Virus record (IMG/VR): IMGVR_UViG_3300007541_006356
Coordinates: 1-61,619 of that record
Source: a virus
Taxonomy: Duplodnaviria > Caudoviricetes
Strand: one strand, 5' to 3'
DNA: 61,619 bases
Shown: piece by piece, positions 20,153 through 30,362 of the stretch
Layout: the number at the start of each line of letters is the position of its first letter
Position numbering within the stretch: the stretch's first letter is position 1
The notes under the pieces: generated by a model
Database searches by the model: none
The model's input: the letters and a program-made list of their open reading frames with translations, nothing else
What the model was told of the DNA's origin: nothing
Program-made: the position numbers and the translations under genes

Positions 20153-21988
20153 ATGGGAGCATTATTAGAATCAGGTATGGTAGGTAACATCGGTCTTAAG
20201 CACCTTAAAGTTATCAAAGAAGATACCATCAATAAATGGAACAAGCTTGGGTTCCTAGAAGGCCTAAAAGGTCACAGCAGAGAGAACATCGCTCAGTTGT
20301 ATGAAAACCAAGCAACACACCTAATAAACGAAGCTACGTCATCTGACGCTTCTGGTTCATTCGAAACAGTTGTATTCCCTATCATTCGTAGAGTTTTCTC
20401 TAAATTGTTAGCGAACGACATCGTTTCTGTACAAGCTATGAACTTACCTATCGGTAAATTGTTCTACTTCGTACCTAAAGTGTCATCAAGACAATCTAAC
20501 GGTCAACATTGGGCACCGTTTGGAGCACCTGGTGCTGACGCGTCACAAATTCCAAACTCACCGTTCACTGCAACCACAATTAACTTGTACGATAACTTCT
20601 ATGTAAGTAATGAACCACTTAGTGCGACTGACGGTCTTTATGACATCTCAAAAGGTCGTTATTCAGCTGCTACAGCGACTAACCTACCTGTACAGGTATG
20701 GAACGCAAATGCTAGAACATTAAGTGACGCTACAGCATCTGACACCGCGTTAACCAACTTAACCTCATCAACTAACTGTAACAATACTGTTATCGTTCAA
20801 TTGTCAGGTTTCTCAAGTGCGGGTAACGGTAAATTGATTGGTCCTGTGGGTAACGCTATGGATACTGAAGAGTTCTTAGCTTCATTGACACTAACCACAA
20901 CAGCTGCTACAACTTGTAAATCAGGTTCTACGTTCTATTCAGCAAATGACAACGTATTGTTTAGAGTTGTAACTCAAAAGTACGGTGAAGGAATAGTTCA
21001 AGGTCTAAACAATAGAACACAAACTAGTTTCCCACCAAACCCAGGTGGTTCATATGACAACATTTGTGACGCTAACGGTTACATCTACTTGGAAATCGAT
21101 TTGACTTGTCCAGCTTGTATTAAGTGTGATTCGGTTGATGGTTATGTTTGTTCATATTACAGTTCAGCAGCATTCGAAAATAACACATTAACACCGTTCA
21201 CTGCAACTTGGAGAATCTACGAAGACTTAGAATTTGAAGAAGAAATGGGTGAGGTATCATTCGACCTTGAGTCAGTTACCGTATCTGTTACTGAAAGAAA
21301 ACTAAGAGCACAGTGGTCACCAGAATTAGCACAAGACGTTTCAGCGTTCCATAACATTGACGCAGAAGCTGAATTAACAGCTTTGTTGTCTGAGGAAGTT
21401 GCTGCTGAAATTGACCGTGAAATTCTAAGAGACCTTAGAAAAGGTGCAGCATGGAACCTAAGATGGGATTACAATGGTTGGAAGAGATTCCAGTCTGGTC
21501 AAGCTCCTTACACACAGAAGGATTGGAACCAAACTCTAATCACTGCGATTAACCAAATCTCAGCTCAAATCCACAAATCAACCTTAAGAGGTGGTGCTAA
21601 CTGGATTGTTGTTTCTTCAGAAGTATCAGCAATCTTTGACGACTTGGAATACTTCCACGTATCAAACGCAGCACCTGAACAAGATCAATACAACATGGGT
21701 ATTGAGAAGATAGGTACATTGTCTGGTAGATACACAATTTACCGTGACCCTTACTTCCCACCAAACCAAATCTTGATTGGTCATAAAGGTACATCACTGT
21801 TGGATACTGGTTACGTTTACGCACCATACGTACCGTTACAGTTAACACCAACAATGTACAACCCATTCAACTTTACACCTATCAAAGGTATCATGACTAG
21901 ATACGCTAAGAAGATGGTGAATAACAGGTTCTATGGTAGAATCACTGTTGATGGTGTACGTACATTTGACATCAAAGAGTTAAGATAA
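20153..21988 (+). CDS. Major capsid protein (T4 gp23-like) with a large insertion
   Basis: PIIRRVFSKLLANDIVSVQAMNLPIG, RKLRAQWSPELAQDVSAFHNIDAEAELTALLSEE, GYVYAPYVPL, FTPIKGIMTRY. Confidence 0.96.
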   Translation: MGALLESGMVGNIGLKHLKVIKEDTINKWNKLGFLEGLKGHSRENIAQLYENQATHLINEATSSDASGSFETVVFPIIRRVFSKLLANDIVSVQAMNLPIGKLFYFVPKVSSRQSNGQHWAPFGAPGADASQIPNSPFTATTINLYDNFYVSNEPLSATDGLYDISKGRYSAATATNLPVQVWNANARTLSDATASDTALTNLTSSTNCNNTVIVQLSGFSSAGNGKLIGPVGNAMDTEEFLASLTLTTTAATTCKSGSTFYSANDNVLFRVVTQKYGEGIVQGLNNRTQTSFPPNPGGSYDNICDANGYIYLEIDLTCPACIKCDSVDGYVCSYYSSAAFENNTLTPFTATWRIYEDLEFEEEMGEVSFDLESVTVSVTERKLRAQWSPELAQDVSAFHNIDAEAELTALLSEEVAAEIDREILRDLRKGAAWNLRWDYNGWKRFQSGQAPYTQKDWNQTLITAINQISAQIHKSTLRGGANWIVVSSEVSAIFDDLEYFHVSNAAPEQDQYNMGIEKIGTLSGRYTIYRDPYFPPNQILIGHKGTSLLDTGYVYAPYVPLQLTPTMYNPFNFTPIKGIMTRYAKKMVNNRFYGRITVDGVRTFDIKELR

Positions 21989-22013
21989 TCTAAGATTATA
22001 ACTCAATAACAGT

Positions 22014-22041
22014 AAAAGGTCAGAGAAATCTGACCTTTTTT
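22014..22041 (+). terminator. Intrinsic terminator after the major capsid gene
   Basis: AAAAGGTCAGA-GAAA-TCTGACCTTTTTT. Confidence 0.9.
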
Positions 22042-22106
22042 ATTTGAATATTATTAGTTGTTTTTAATTTTATGTCTCATATATTTATATGTAAACATTC
22101 GAAACT

Positions 22107-23516
22107 ATGGGTAGGAAAATTGTCATACCAGAAAATGAAGTTAAAGAAATTATTAAATTATACGTTGAGGATAAGATCGGTACACCAACATTAAGTGAAA
22201 AATTTGGTTACGGTAAATCAATAATAAATAGGACATTAAGAGAAAATGGTGTAATTGTTGACACACCCGGTAGAAGATTTTTAGGGGGTAAAAAAGTATC
22301 TGACGCTAAATATTACGTAAATAATAAAATCGAAATATTGGAAAGACATAAAAATTGGTCAACCGAAAATAAAGAAAAACTAAAAAACTACCATAAAGAG
22401 TGGAGAAATAACAATAGGGAAAAGATTAATGAGTATAAACGTAATTACGAAAAAAATAAAAAAAGTACAGATCCCACCTATAAATTAAGTTGTAACATTC
22501 GTACCGCGATATATACCGCATTAAAGGAAGGTAATGTAAATAAAAATTCTAAAACTTTTAACATGCTACCCTACGACTTATCTGAATTGATGGGTCACTT
22601 AGAAACACAGTTCACAAGTGGTATGAGTTGGTCTAATTATGGTGAATGGCACGTTGACCACATAATCCCCATTTCTTCATTCAACTTTAATGATTACGAA
22701 GAATTTGAATCCTGTTGGTCACTATCAAATTTACAACCATTGTGGGGTAGTGAAAACATAAGTAAAAATAATAAAATAATCGCTCACCAATATAAGATAA
22801 GGAAACAAAAACAGGAAGAAGAAAAGAATACGTTACCATTTGATCCAAATGAAGTGGTACTTAGAAACAGTACATTAAGAGAAATTAGTCGAAATGAATG
22901 TGAAAAAATTATTAATGAATATGAATGGTTAGGTTATTTACCTAAATATACGAAATACCATTTTGGGTTATATTTCAACGTTGACGGTAAAGAGTATTTA
23001 GGGGGTGTCGTAGCTTTCCAATCCGAATATGGTGATAATATAGGGGTGTGGGATAAATATGGTTTTACACACAAAATAATACAATTAAGTCGTGGTGTAT
23101 GTTTGTGGTGGACACCAAAAAATACAGCGTCATACATGATATCTAAAACACTTAAATGGTTAACCACTAATACAGAATATGAAGTAGTGTCCGCGACAGT
23201 AGATTCTAAAGCTGGTGAGATAGGGACAATTTATCAATCTTTGGGTTGGCATTATGTTGGTTGTATGGGCGGTAACATATTAAAAAATGGGAAAGAAAGA
23301 ATTAGATACGGTTATAAGATAAATGGGAAAATATACAATCAACGACACATTAGATCTATGATTGGTACAGCTAAGAAAGAAACTGTGTTGGAACATTTTC
23401 CTGATGTGGAAATTGTAAATTTAGGTAGGAAAAAAAGGTACTTTAAATTTATAAAAAATCATGACATACATTTAGAAAAAATAAAATCATTATTAAAACC
23501 TTATGAAAAAAGGTAA
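22107..23516 (+). CDS. HNH endonuclease fused to a Mom-like (GNAT-fold) DNA-modification domain
   Basis: N-terminal HTH-like and basic coiled region; WHVDHIIPISSF...NLQPLWGSENISKNNK (HNH); C-terminal QLSRG...PKNTASYMISKTLKWL...VSATVDSKAGEIGTIYQSLGWHYVG (Mom-family pattern). Confidence 0.72.
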   Translation: MGRKIVIPENEVKEIIKLYVEDKIGTPTLSEKFGYGKSIINRTLRENGVIVDTPGRRFLGGKKVSDAKYYVNNKIEILERHKNWSTENKEKLKNYHKEWRNNNREKINEYKRNYEKNKKSTDPTYKLSCNIRTAIYTALKEGNVNKNSKTFNMLPYDLSELMGHLETQFTSGMSWSNYGEWHVDHIIPISSFNFNDYEEFESCWSLSNLQPLWGSENISKNNKIIAHQYKIRKQKQEEEKNTLPFDPNEVVLRNSTLREISRNECEKIINEYEWLGYLPKYTKYHFGLYFNVDGKEYLGGVVAFQSEYGDNIGVWDKYGFTHKIIQLSRGVCLWWTPKNTASYMISKTLKWLTTNTEYEVVSATVDSKAGEIGTIYQSLGWHYVGCMGGNILKNGKERIRYGYKINGKIYNQRHIRSMIGTAKKETVLEHFPDVEIVNLGRKKRYFKFIKNHDIHLEKIKSLLKPYEKR

Positions 23517-23553
23517 ATTCACCTTAATGTAGATATTTATATAAAAAAATATT

Positions 23554-23829
23554 ATGAAAGATTTTATGATGAAAATGTTAAGTAGTAATGGTAAAGTCTC
23601 AAGTAAGAGATTTGTAACATTTACATGTTTATTGTTTATGTTAATCGGGTATACTTGTAATTTGTTTTTTAATTTTGACATAAAGGACTCACTGTTTGAA
23701 TCACTACAATGGATAGTGATGGCGGGTCTTGGTTTTACCGCGTCAGAAAAGTTCGTACCATCCAAAAATCCACCACAAATGGATTACCACGTTGAAGATG
23801 AATATCCACACGATAAAGAAGATATCTAA
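23554..23829 (+). CDS. Small two-TM membrane protein (holin-like)
   Basis: SSKR followed by hydrophobic FVTFTCLLFMLIGYTCNLFF and LQWIVMAGLGFTA; charged tail. Confidence 0.6.
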   Translation: MKDFMMKMLSSNGKVSSKRFVTFTCLLFMLIGYTCNLFFNFDIKDSLFESLQWIVMAGLGFTASEKFVPSKNPPQMDYHVEDEYPHDKEDI

Positions 23830-23833
23830 CAAT

Positions 23834-23860
23834 AAAAAAACCCCTAATTGGGGTTTTTTT
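23834..23860. terminator. Bidirectional terminator between convergent genes
   Basis: AAAAAAACCCC-TAATT-GGGGTTTTTTT. Confidence 0.85.
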
Positions 23861-23878
23861 ATTTATGGTTAATCTTTG

Positions 23879-24418
23879 TTACGCTTTACTAGATCCTTTA
23901 CCTTTAGGCCAATCTTGTTTAGCTCTTTTAGCGAAATACAATTCACTCATTTTTTCTCTATTCTTTTTAGGGACTTTTTTACCTTCTTCTTGGTATTTGT
24001 CATTTTCACTTTTTAATCTTTTAATTTCCTTGTCTATTTGGGAAATGGTCATATCTGAATATTCTCCAGTTGACTCAACTTCGGTTTCACTCTCCCATTT
24101 TTCAAATATACCCATACCATCTTCAGTAGCGTCTGGGTCGTCAACCAAATCCAACTCTAAATCTTCTTTTTCCTCTAAATCTCTATATTTATCGGTCGGT
24201 TTTATTATAGCGTCACTTAGACCCATACCCATACCACCAGTATTACCGAAACCTAAAGACGATGAACCACTCATCATCTCTTTTATTATTCGTTCAATAC
24301 TTTCAACTAATTGACTTTCAGAAACGACAATAGTTTTCTTTTTTGATGATTTAGATTCAGTAATGACTCTATTGACTATTTTTTCTAAATCGTTTTCCGT
24401 TAATTTAATTTTTTTCAT
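23879..24418 (-). CDS. Hypothetical protein with an N-terminal IKLTE.DL..IV..VI.E motif (putative internal head protein)
   Basis: MKKIKLTENDLEKIVNRVITE, repeated as VVSESQLVESIERIIKE. Confidence 0.7.
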   Translation of the reverse strand: MKKIKLTENDLEKIVNRVITESKSSKKKTIVVSESQLVESIERIIKEMMSGSSSLGFGNTGGMGMGLSDAIIKPTDKYRDLEEKEDLELDLVDDPDATEDGMGIFEKWESETEVESTGEYSDMTISQIDKEIKRLKSENDKYQEEGKKVPKKNREKMSELYFAKRAKQDWPKGKGSSKA

Positions 24419-25902
24419 ATTCTACTTACTACTTGGAATTTAGTTATTCTTTTATAAATATTAACTTTTTGGTTGGAGGTCACTTTTATATCAATAAAAT
24501 ATTCATTAGGTATCATATCACCAGTGTCAACTAAAAAGTAGTTATGGTTAAATGTTCTGTTCACTGGTGACCATGGTATTGTCTCGACTTCGGTCGTACC
24601 TTGTCTAACGTACATTCTATACTCGATACCGTCTATCACCACTTGTTGATTAACAGTGTATGGAACCCTTACGGATACAAAAACCTTTCTAATTTCACCA
24701 TTAACCACCTTTTCGTCTTGTTTAATTCCGTCAATAGAATATCCGTATTCTTTTGGTGTTTGGTCTAATGGACCTATTTGGTAATAGCTATTGGGGTCTA
24801 GTAGTGTAAATTCATTTGTTATATTACTTAGTGTGTTACTGTTGATTGATAAGTTAGACCACTGATCTGTAAAGATTGAGGGTGTACCATAAGTGTCACC
24901 AGTAATTTTAAACTCCACGTAATACACACCACACGTTAAATTTGACGCTGTCATAGACGTGTAAACAACATCATCACAATCATATATTGTGACTAACGGT
25001 AAACTATCTAAATTTGTTGGTACACCCAAAGTGTTTGTATATAAAAACAATCTATTGGTCTTGTTCAAATAAAACCTATTCCTGTCATCACCAATATAAT
25101 CATCATAACTTGTCAATAAGTAGGGTTCGTAAAATGTTTGAGTGTGTCTCGTGAAAAACCCTACGGAATATGTGTCAGTTAACCCAGTGATGTTTTCCAA
25201 CGTACCCGTAAACGCGATACCGTATGTGTAATTAATATTTGACGTATTACCACTTAACCTCTCGTTAATTTCATTTGTCATATCAAATGAAATATTTTCA
25301 TTTCCTTGGTCGAAACTCTGAGAGTCAATTACGGTAAATGTTAATGGGTCGGTATTGTCATAAACACCAGGGTTTGACCAATTTTCTAACGTACTACCTG
25401 AAAACCAATTTGACGGTCTTGTTGAAAACGTATTATCGTAATCTGGTTCGAAAAGGTACGGTATCTGAATGTAATCGTAACCAACACCTTCATCCCATTC
25501 AACATCAGTGACTTTAAATAAAATTAAATCAAATGAACTAGCTCTTCTATTACCATTTACCATCTTGTCGTTTAACAAAGCTAAATCGAAAGATGACGTA
25601 TTTGTCATTTTAAGGGTATGTGATGTACCCGTACCACCCGAAAGGTTAATACACCCACTATTAACTTTATTTTGTAAATCTGATAGGTTTAAATCAAAAA
25701 TAAATCTGGAAAAGTTCCCACCATCATTAGAAGTGTAACCAGTAGATCCGTTACAAGTGTCACCACTTAATCCAGTGTATGTACATGGGTTAGGATTAAC
25801 ACCACCGTAAAATAGTTCAGTCACTGGGTTTCTACCTGTATTTACAGTTTTTCTAGAAACTATAGTGTTATTTTTTGAAAAATATGATTTTAAATAAGAC
25901 AT
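24415..25902 (-). CDS. Putative virion structural protein
   Basis: 495-aa beta-rich N/T/S/G composition; late motif upstream; adjacent to the gp5-like gene. Confidence 0.65.
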   Translation of the reverse strand: MSYLKSYFSKNNTIVSRKTVNTGRNPVTELFYGGVNPNPCTYTGLSGDTCNGSTGYTSNDGGNFSRFIFDLNLSDLQNKVNSGCINLSGGTGTSHTLKMTNTSSFDLALLNDKMVNGNRRASSFDLILFKVTDVEWDEGVGYDYIQIPYLFEPDYDNTFSTRPSNWFSGSTLENWSNPGVYDNTDPLTFTVIDSQSFDQGNENISFDMTNEINERLSGNTSNINYTYGIAFTGTLENITGLTDTYSVGFFTRHTQTFYEPYLLTSYDDYIGDDRNRFYLNKTNRLFLYTNTLGVPTNLDSLPLVTIYDCDDVVYTSMTASNLTCGVYYVEFKITGDTYGTPSIFTDQWSNLSINSNTLSNITNEFTLLDPNSYYQIGPLDQTPKEYGYSIDGIKQDEKVVNGEIRKVFVSVRVPYTVNQQVVIDGIEYRMYVRQGTTEVETIPWSPVNRTFNHNYFLVDTGDMIPNEYFIDIKVTSNQKVNIYKRITKFQVVSRI

Positions 25903-25926
25903 ATACGTACCATTTAAATATAAATA

Positions 25927-27723
25927 TCAATTAATACGTATATTTTGATTTAATACTGTGTTAGAGAAGTCATTTAATTTCGATAATATTTCGTTTGTTG
26001 TAGTCACTCCATCAGTACCGACCCTAATTGGTGGTGCACCTGGTACTGGGTGAGTGTGTGAAACGACAAAATTCACTAATAATGTTAAAAATTCTTTTAA
26101 CTTATCACCCCTAACCATCGGTTCAGTCTTACTAATAATATCATCTACTAATTTGTATTGATTAATACCATAATTACTGTCTAATGTAATTTGTCCAAGA
26201 TCATTAGAATCGTGTGAAAATAATATTATTTTCTCACCCGAACCAACAACAAATCCTTGTTGTTTACCCCTCTCAACGTTAAATTCCTTTCTCGTGACAT
26301 TTTCTACGGTAACAGGTACTTTATTTTTTTCAGTACTAAAAGATAAACCAAAACCATCCCTATTAATATCGCTACCCAATAATTTTATTGATTTCACAAA
26401 ATTAAAGACAGTATTACAAATATCGTTGTAATTAGTTTCAGTTACACCTGGAAATAATTGAATGGAGGTATTTTTATCTATTCGTTTAAAAAATCTCCTT
26501 AAATTAGGACCAGGTCTAAAATAAAATGGATGTGAAGTTGATTGTAATTTTTGTAACAAACCTTCATTATTAACTGGGTTAAAATTAATGTTTCTCGGAA
26601 ACGTTTCACCATTTACTGGTTTTAGTAATTGGTTCCAATTATTACTGTTAAAATATTCAATTGTTTCCTTTATATTTTTTTTAATGTTTACCACACTAGT
26701 GTTGAACGAAATGTTCATAACATTTTCAACCAGTTCTTGATTGATTTCCGTATCTAAATTTAAGGTGTTAGTGTCAAATATTTGTTGTTGACCATTAAAA
26801 CTTCTGTTCGGTAATTTAGATATGTTTACATTACCGACTATATTTTCATTAGGATTTAAATGTAAATCTTGTGGTGATACCAAATCATATTCTATTAGTA
26901 TATAAACTAACACGTTTTCAGGTGTATTTTCCACAGTTTCTTGTATTTCCGAAACTGTCACAGTATCAGGAAATGTTGACAACTGTAAAAACGTTAGTTT
27001 ATTATTCGCTTTAGGTTGTGACGGAATTTGAGGTTTGGGTGACTCAATAAATTTACCAGATCTAATTAATATTTGTGGATAATCCGTTGGGTTATTAGGG
27101 GTGTCAGGTTGATTGGAATTATCCTGTGGTCTGTCAGATGGTTGTGGTAATTTATAAGACATCCCTAAAACAATGTCAGCGTTTTTTCTACCAACTATAG
27201 ACACGTCATTTGGGTTGGGGAAACTACCGACAGTATCTGGGTTATCTATTGGGTTAGCTGAAGGTGTTATTCTCGTACCCAATGACGTATGTAGTCTTCC
27301 GTTCCTAAAATCTTCAGAGAATATTTTATGGGGTTGACTTATTAGTGGACCTATATACTCCTTATTTTGTGTCCTATTATCGGGGTTATAATATATAACC
27401 TTAATAGCTTCACCACGTTTGGGAATTACATTCACATTTATAGGTAAAAATGGGGTAAAAACATAAGGATCATTTTTTGACCATTTTTTCCACAACCCAT
27501 TCTTTTCCGCTAATTCAGTCTCTCTTTCAACTTCACCCACCGGGTCAACTAACCTACCATTGTCATTACTTATCGATGTGTCTTCGGTAGCTCTAATTCT
27601 ACCAGCTAATAGAGGATCATTATTATCAACACATACACCAAAGAATATAATAGGATTAAAATCTACACTACTGTCTCTAGTGGGAACCAATGGGTTTCCA
27701 CCATTTTTGCCGTTAATCATCAC
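25927..27723 (-). CDS. Baseplate hub/spike protein (gp5/VgrG-like OB fold)
   Basis: FFGVCVDNNDPLLAGRIR (gp5 N-terminal OB motif), VIPKRGEAIKV, C-terminal SHTHP spike-tip motif. Start uncertain (GTG 27723 or ATG 27720). Confidence 0.72.
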   Translation of the reverse strand: MMINGKNGGNPLVPTRDSSVDFNPIIFFGVCVDNNDPLLAGRIRATEDTSISNDNGRLVDPVGEVERETELAEKNGLWKKWSKNDPYVFTPFLPINVNVIPKRGEAIKVIYYNPDNRTQNKEYIGPLISQPHKIFSEDFRNGRLHTSLGTRITPSANPIDNPDTVGSFPNPNDVSIVGRKNADIVLGMSYKLPQPSDRPQDNSNQPDTPNNPTDYPQILIRSGKFIESPKPQIPSQPKANNKLTFLQLSTFPDTVTVSEIQETVENTPENVLVYILIEYDLVSPQDLHLNPNENIVGNVNISKLPNRSFNGQQQIFDTNTLNLDTEINQELVENVMNISFNTSVVNIKKNIKETIEYFNSNNWNQLLKPVNGETFPRNINFNPVNNEGLLQKLQSTSHPFYFRPGPNLRRFFKRIDKNTSIQLFPGVTETNYNDICNTVFNFVKSIKLLGSDINRDGFGLSFSTEKNKVPVTVENVTRKEFNVERGKQQGFVVGSGEKIILFSHDSNDLGQITLDSNYGINQYKLVDDIISKTEPMVRGDKLKEFLTLLVNFVVSHTHPVPGAPPIRVGTDGVTTTNEILSKLNDFSNTVLNQNIRIN

Positions 27724-27889
27724 CCATACGTTTTTTCATTTCTTTATTTAACCTATTATAATCCTCCTCAACCGTATCTAAGTACATAGTTAAGTCAATA
27801 ATAAGTTGTTTGGTTTTATCAAACTCATCCTTCAAAAAAACCATTTTATCTAATATTTTTTTATTTGGCGTATTTTCTAAATTTTCCAT
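27713..27889 (-). CDS. 58-aa coiled-coil hypothetical protein (not in the ORF track)
   Basis: Read manually: MENLENTPNKKILDKMVFLKDEFDKTKQLIIDLTMYLDTVEEDYNRLNKEMKKRMGDD*. It fills the gap between two minus-strand genes exactly. Confidence 0.7.
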   Translation of the reverse strand: MENLENTPNKKILDKMVFLKDEFDKTKQLIIDLTMYLDTVEEDYNRLNKEMKKRMGDD

Positions 27890-27892
27890 TTG

Positions 27893-29986
27893 TTAAACAT
27901 TAACCCCAATACCTTTAATAGGGGGAACTACTGTCGCTCCAGGTGGTCCTGCCGCGACACTAGGGAAAGTTGTGATGTGTGTCACACCATTTTTAGTGTT
28001 TTCTTCATCTATAGCTTGTATTTGAGCGTACATGGATAATAACCACAAATTAGGTGACCCATCTGGCATATCCCCAGTTGGGATACCCAAAGATTCTAAC
28101 TTACCAATCATACTTTGAAATGTCCTTACTGAGTTGTTACCACTTCTTCCCGCCGCAGCAAATAATAAAAATTGTGGTGGTGGTGGGAAAGGGACATCTA
28201 AACCTACAGCGTCAATTAACCTGAGAACTATATCAAATATTTCTTTACAGTCTTTAGCGTCTTGTAATTCTTCAATAAAGGGTAACAAAAGTGATATTAA
28301 TGATAATATTAGAGCTGTTTGTTTACCTAATTTTGTCTTCAAAAATACTTTAGCTAATTCAGTGAGTATCACCATTAGGTATTGTTTCATCACGTTAAAT
28401 AATTCTTTAGTAATTTCAGACAACAATTCTCGTAGTACCCTAACAAAAAATCTTTTAAATATTTTAGCGAATTCTTGAGCGTTGGACGCTAATAAAGCGT
28501 CTTCATTGAGTAATTTAGCGATAATTGTTACGGGTAAAATAACTTTACTTGACATTAACGCTAACATCATGATTTGTGGTAGGTTAAGTATTACTCCCTC
28601 AACAAAATTAATATTAAAATTCCAGTTTAATTCTTTGAACGCGGGATTAGGTGAATTAGCTACCGACCCTTCCACACCGTACTGTAATATTAAATCGAAA
28701 GCTTTATAACCATCACCACCTTCAATTAATGACGAAATTATTTCATCAGCCCCTTCTTCAAATATCCCATTATCTAGTGGAATTTCTATGTTATCACAAC
28801 TTTCAAATTTAATTACACCCTTTTGTCGTTTGATTGATTCTTCATACAAAATCCTATCTTCTTGTACTGAAAAAGAATAAAACGAATCGTCATCAAATAA
28901 TTCAGCTAAGTGACTAATGGTCTCAGTACTAACTACACCTAAATCAATACCATTACAAGACTCTACAATTTTGTTCATGGTTTTGATTAGTTTGTTAATA
29001 CCCAAAACGTCAGCTAAATTAATTCCCTCATTTCTAGACGATATACTTAAACCAGAAAGAATTTCCAATAACGCACCCAACAAATTATGTAACTCAAACA
29101 CATCAATTTTATCAAAGTAGTCTTGGAGTAGTTCAGCGAATGTAAACTTAGTTCCGTTACCTACAAATGAAGGATCATTTACTGTGTATATGTTTGAGTT
29201 TGGTGATTTATAGTGTGGGCTGATAATTAAAGACTGAGTTAATTCATCATACTCCACGGTAAATAATATCAAATTACTCGCACCATAAATTGGGTATTGT
29301 TGTCCTGGGTTTTGTAATATAAAATACAAATACCTATTCATTGAAAATGGTATTCCACCCGGTGTATCAATCGAGCCCTCAGACTCGTAATAATATTTAC
29401 CTACACCGACATTGGGTTCAACCATTAACTGTTTGAAGAAATCGAACTGATCGATTCTAATCACAATATCAGTTGTTAAACCATCTCCAACAACTGGAAC
29501 CTCTGATTCTAAATCACAATTAAAAGCTCTTAAAATTTCTTCAATTAAAATATTTTTTAACTTAGGTATTGTATTTCGTATCGCACGTCTTAATACGTCT
29601 TTTATAATTCTACCGTATTCGTCGTCGACATTGTTCTTTAACCAAGCGTCAGTTTTAGTTTTTTTTTCAGTAACCCACTGATTAACCGCACCAGGTTGGT
29701 TATCATCTTCAGATCTTCTACGTTTTTTTCGTGATGATCTAAAACCTTTTTCTTCTGAGGGTTCAGATTTTGGATTTTTCTGACTTCTAGATTTTAACGT
29801 TTTAATTAGACCCAAAAGAAAAGGGATAGGGTTGTCGGTTAAATCACCAAAATCTCTGAACGCTTGTTTCCAAGAGTCCAGATTTTGCCTTTCTCTTCTG
29901 ACTTGGGAATCAAACTCCAATGTCGTGAGTATGGAGTTTACCTTACCAAAGATTTCTTTTCTCTGATTTTGATTATCTAAACCCAT
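27893..29986 (-). CDS. Large hypothetical protein (probably structural)
   Basis: 697-aa ORF with helical, hydrophobic C-terminal half; in an operon with the gp5-like gene. Confidence 0.7.
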   Translation of the reverse strand: MGLDNQNQRKEIFGKVNSILTTLEFDSQVRRERQNLDSWKQAFRDFGDLTDNPIPFLLGLIKTLKSRSQKNPKSEPSEEKGFRSSRKKRRRSEDDNQPGAVNQWVTEKKTKTDAWLKNNVDDEYGRIIKDVLRRAIRNTIPKLKNILIEEILRAFNCDLESEVPVVGDGLTTDIVIRIDQFDFFKQLMVEPNVGVGKYYYESEGSIDTPGGIPFSMNRYLYFILQNPGQQYPIYGASNLILFTVEYDELTQSLIISPHYKSPNSNIYTVNDPSFVGNGTKFTFAELLQDYFDKIDVFELHNLLGALLEILSGLSISSRNEGINLADVLGINKLIKTMNKIVESCNGIDLGVVSTETISHLAELFDDDSFYSFSVQEDRILYEESIKRQKGVIKFESCDNIEIPLDNGIFEEGADEIISSLIEGGDGYKAFDLILQYGVEGSVANSPNPAFKELNWNFNINFVEGVILNLPQIMMLALMSSKVILPVTIIAKLLNEDALLASNAQEFAKIFKRFFVRVLRELLSEITKELFNVMKQYLMVILTELAKVFLKTKLGKQTALILSLISLLLPFIEELQDAKDCKEIFDIVLRLIDAVGLDVPFPPPPQFLLFAAAGRSGNNSVRTFQSMIGKLESLGIPTGDMPDGSPNLWLLSMYAQIQAIDEENTKNGVTHITTFPSVAAGPPGATVVPPIKGIGVNV

Positions 29987-29997
29987 GAATTAAAAAA

Positions 29998-30345
29998 TTA
30001 TTCGTTGTTTTTAGCTTGATTAAGTAATTGATTCAATTGTTCTTTCATATCGTCGTCTAAAGAACCAACTTTAACATCACCACTAACATTTTTCTGTAAT
30101 ATAGATGATTGTATTTTTGAAAGTTGTATTTTCTTTTCAATCGCGGAATCAATTATCTTTTGTTGTTCTTTAAGAACAGGTCCGATTAACGCCATATCTG
30201 TCGCTTCTTTCAAAAACATCATCATTTTATTTTGAATACGTATAGCGGTAGTTCTTTGTTCAACAGTTTCGTTGTAGATTTCTTGTAGTAACCCCAACAA
30301 ACTTTCTTGAGTCAAATTAATATCTTTCTTTTTAGGTCTTGGCAT
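29998..30345 (-). CDS. Hypothetical helical protein
   Basis: 115-aa ORF with the late motif 4 nt upstream. Confidence 0.7.
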   Translation of the reverse strand: MPRPKKKDINLTQESLLGLLQEIYNETVEQRTTAIRIQNKMMMFLKEATDMALIGPVLKEQQKIIDSAIEKKIQLSKIQSSILQKNVSGDVKVGSLDDDMKEQLNQLLNQAKNNE

Positions 30346-30362
30346 ACTAATAAATATTACGG

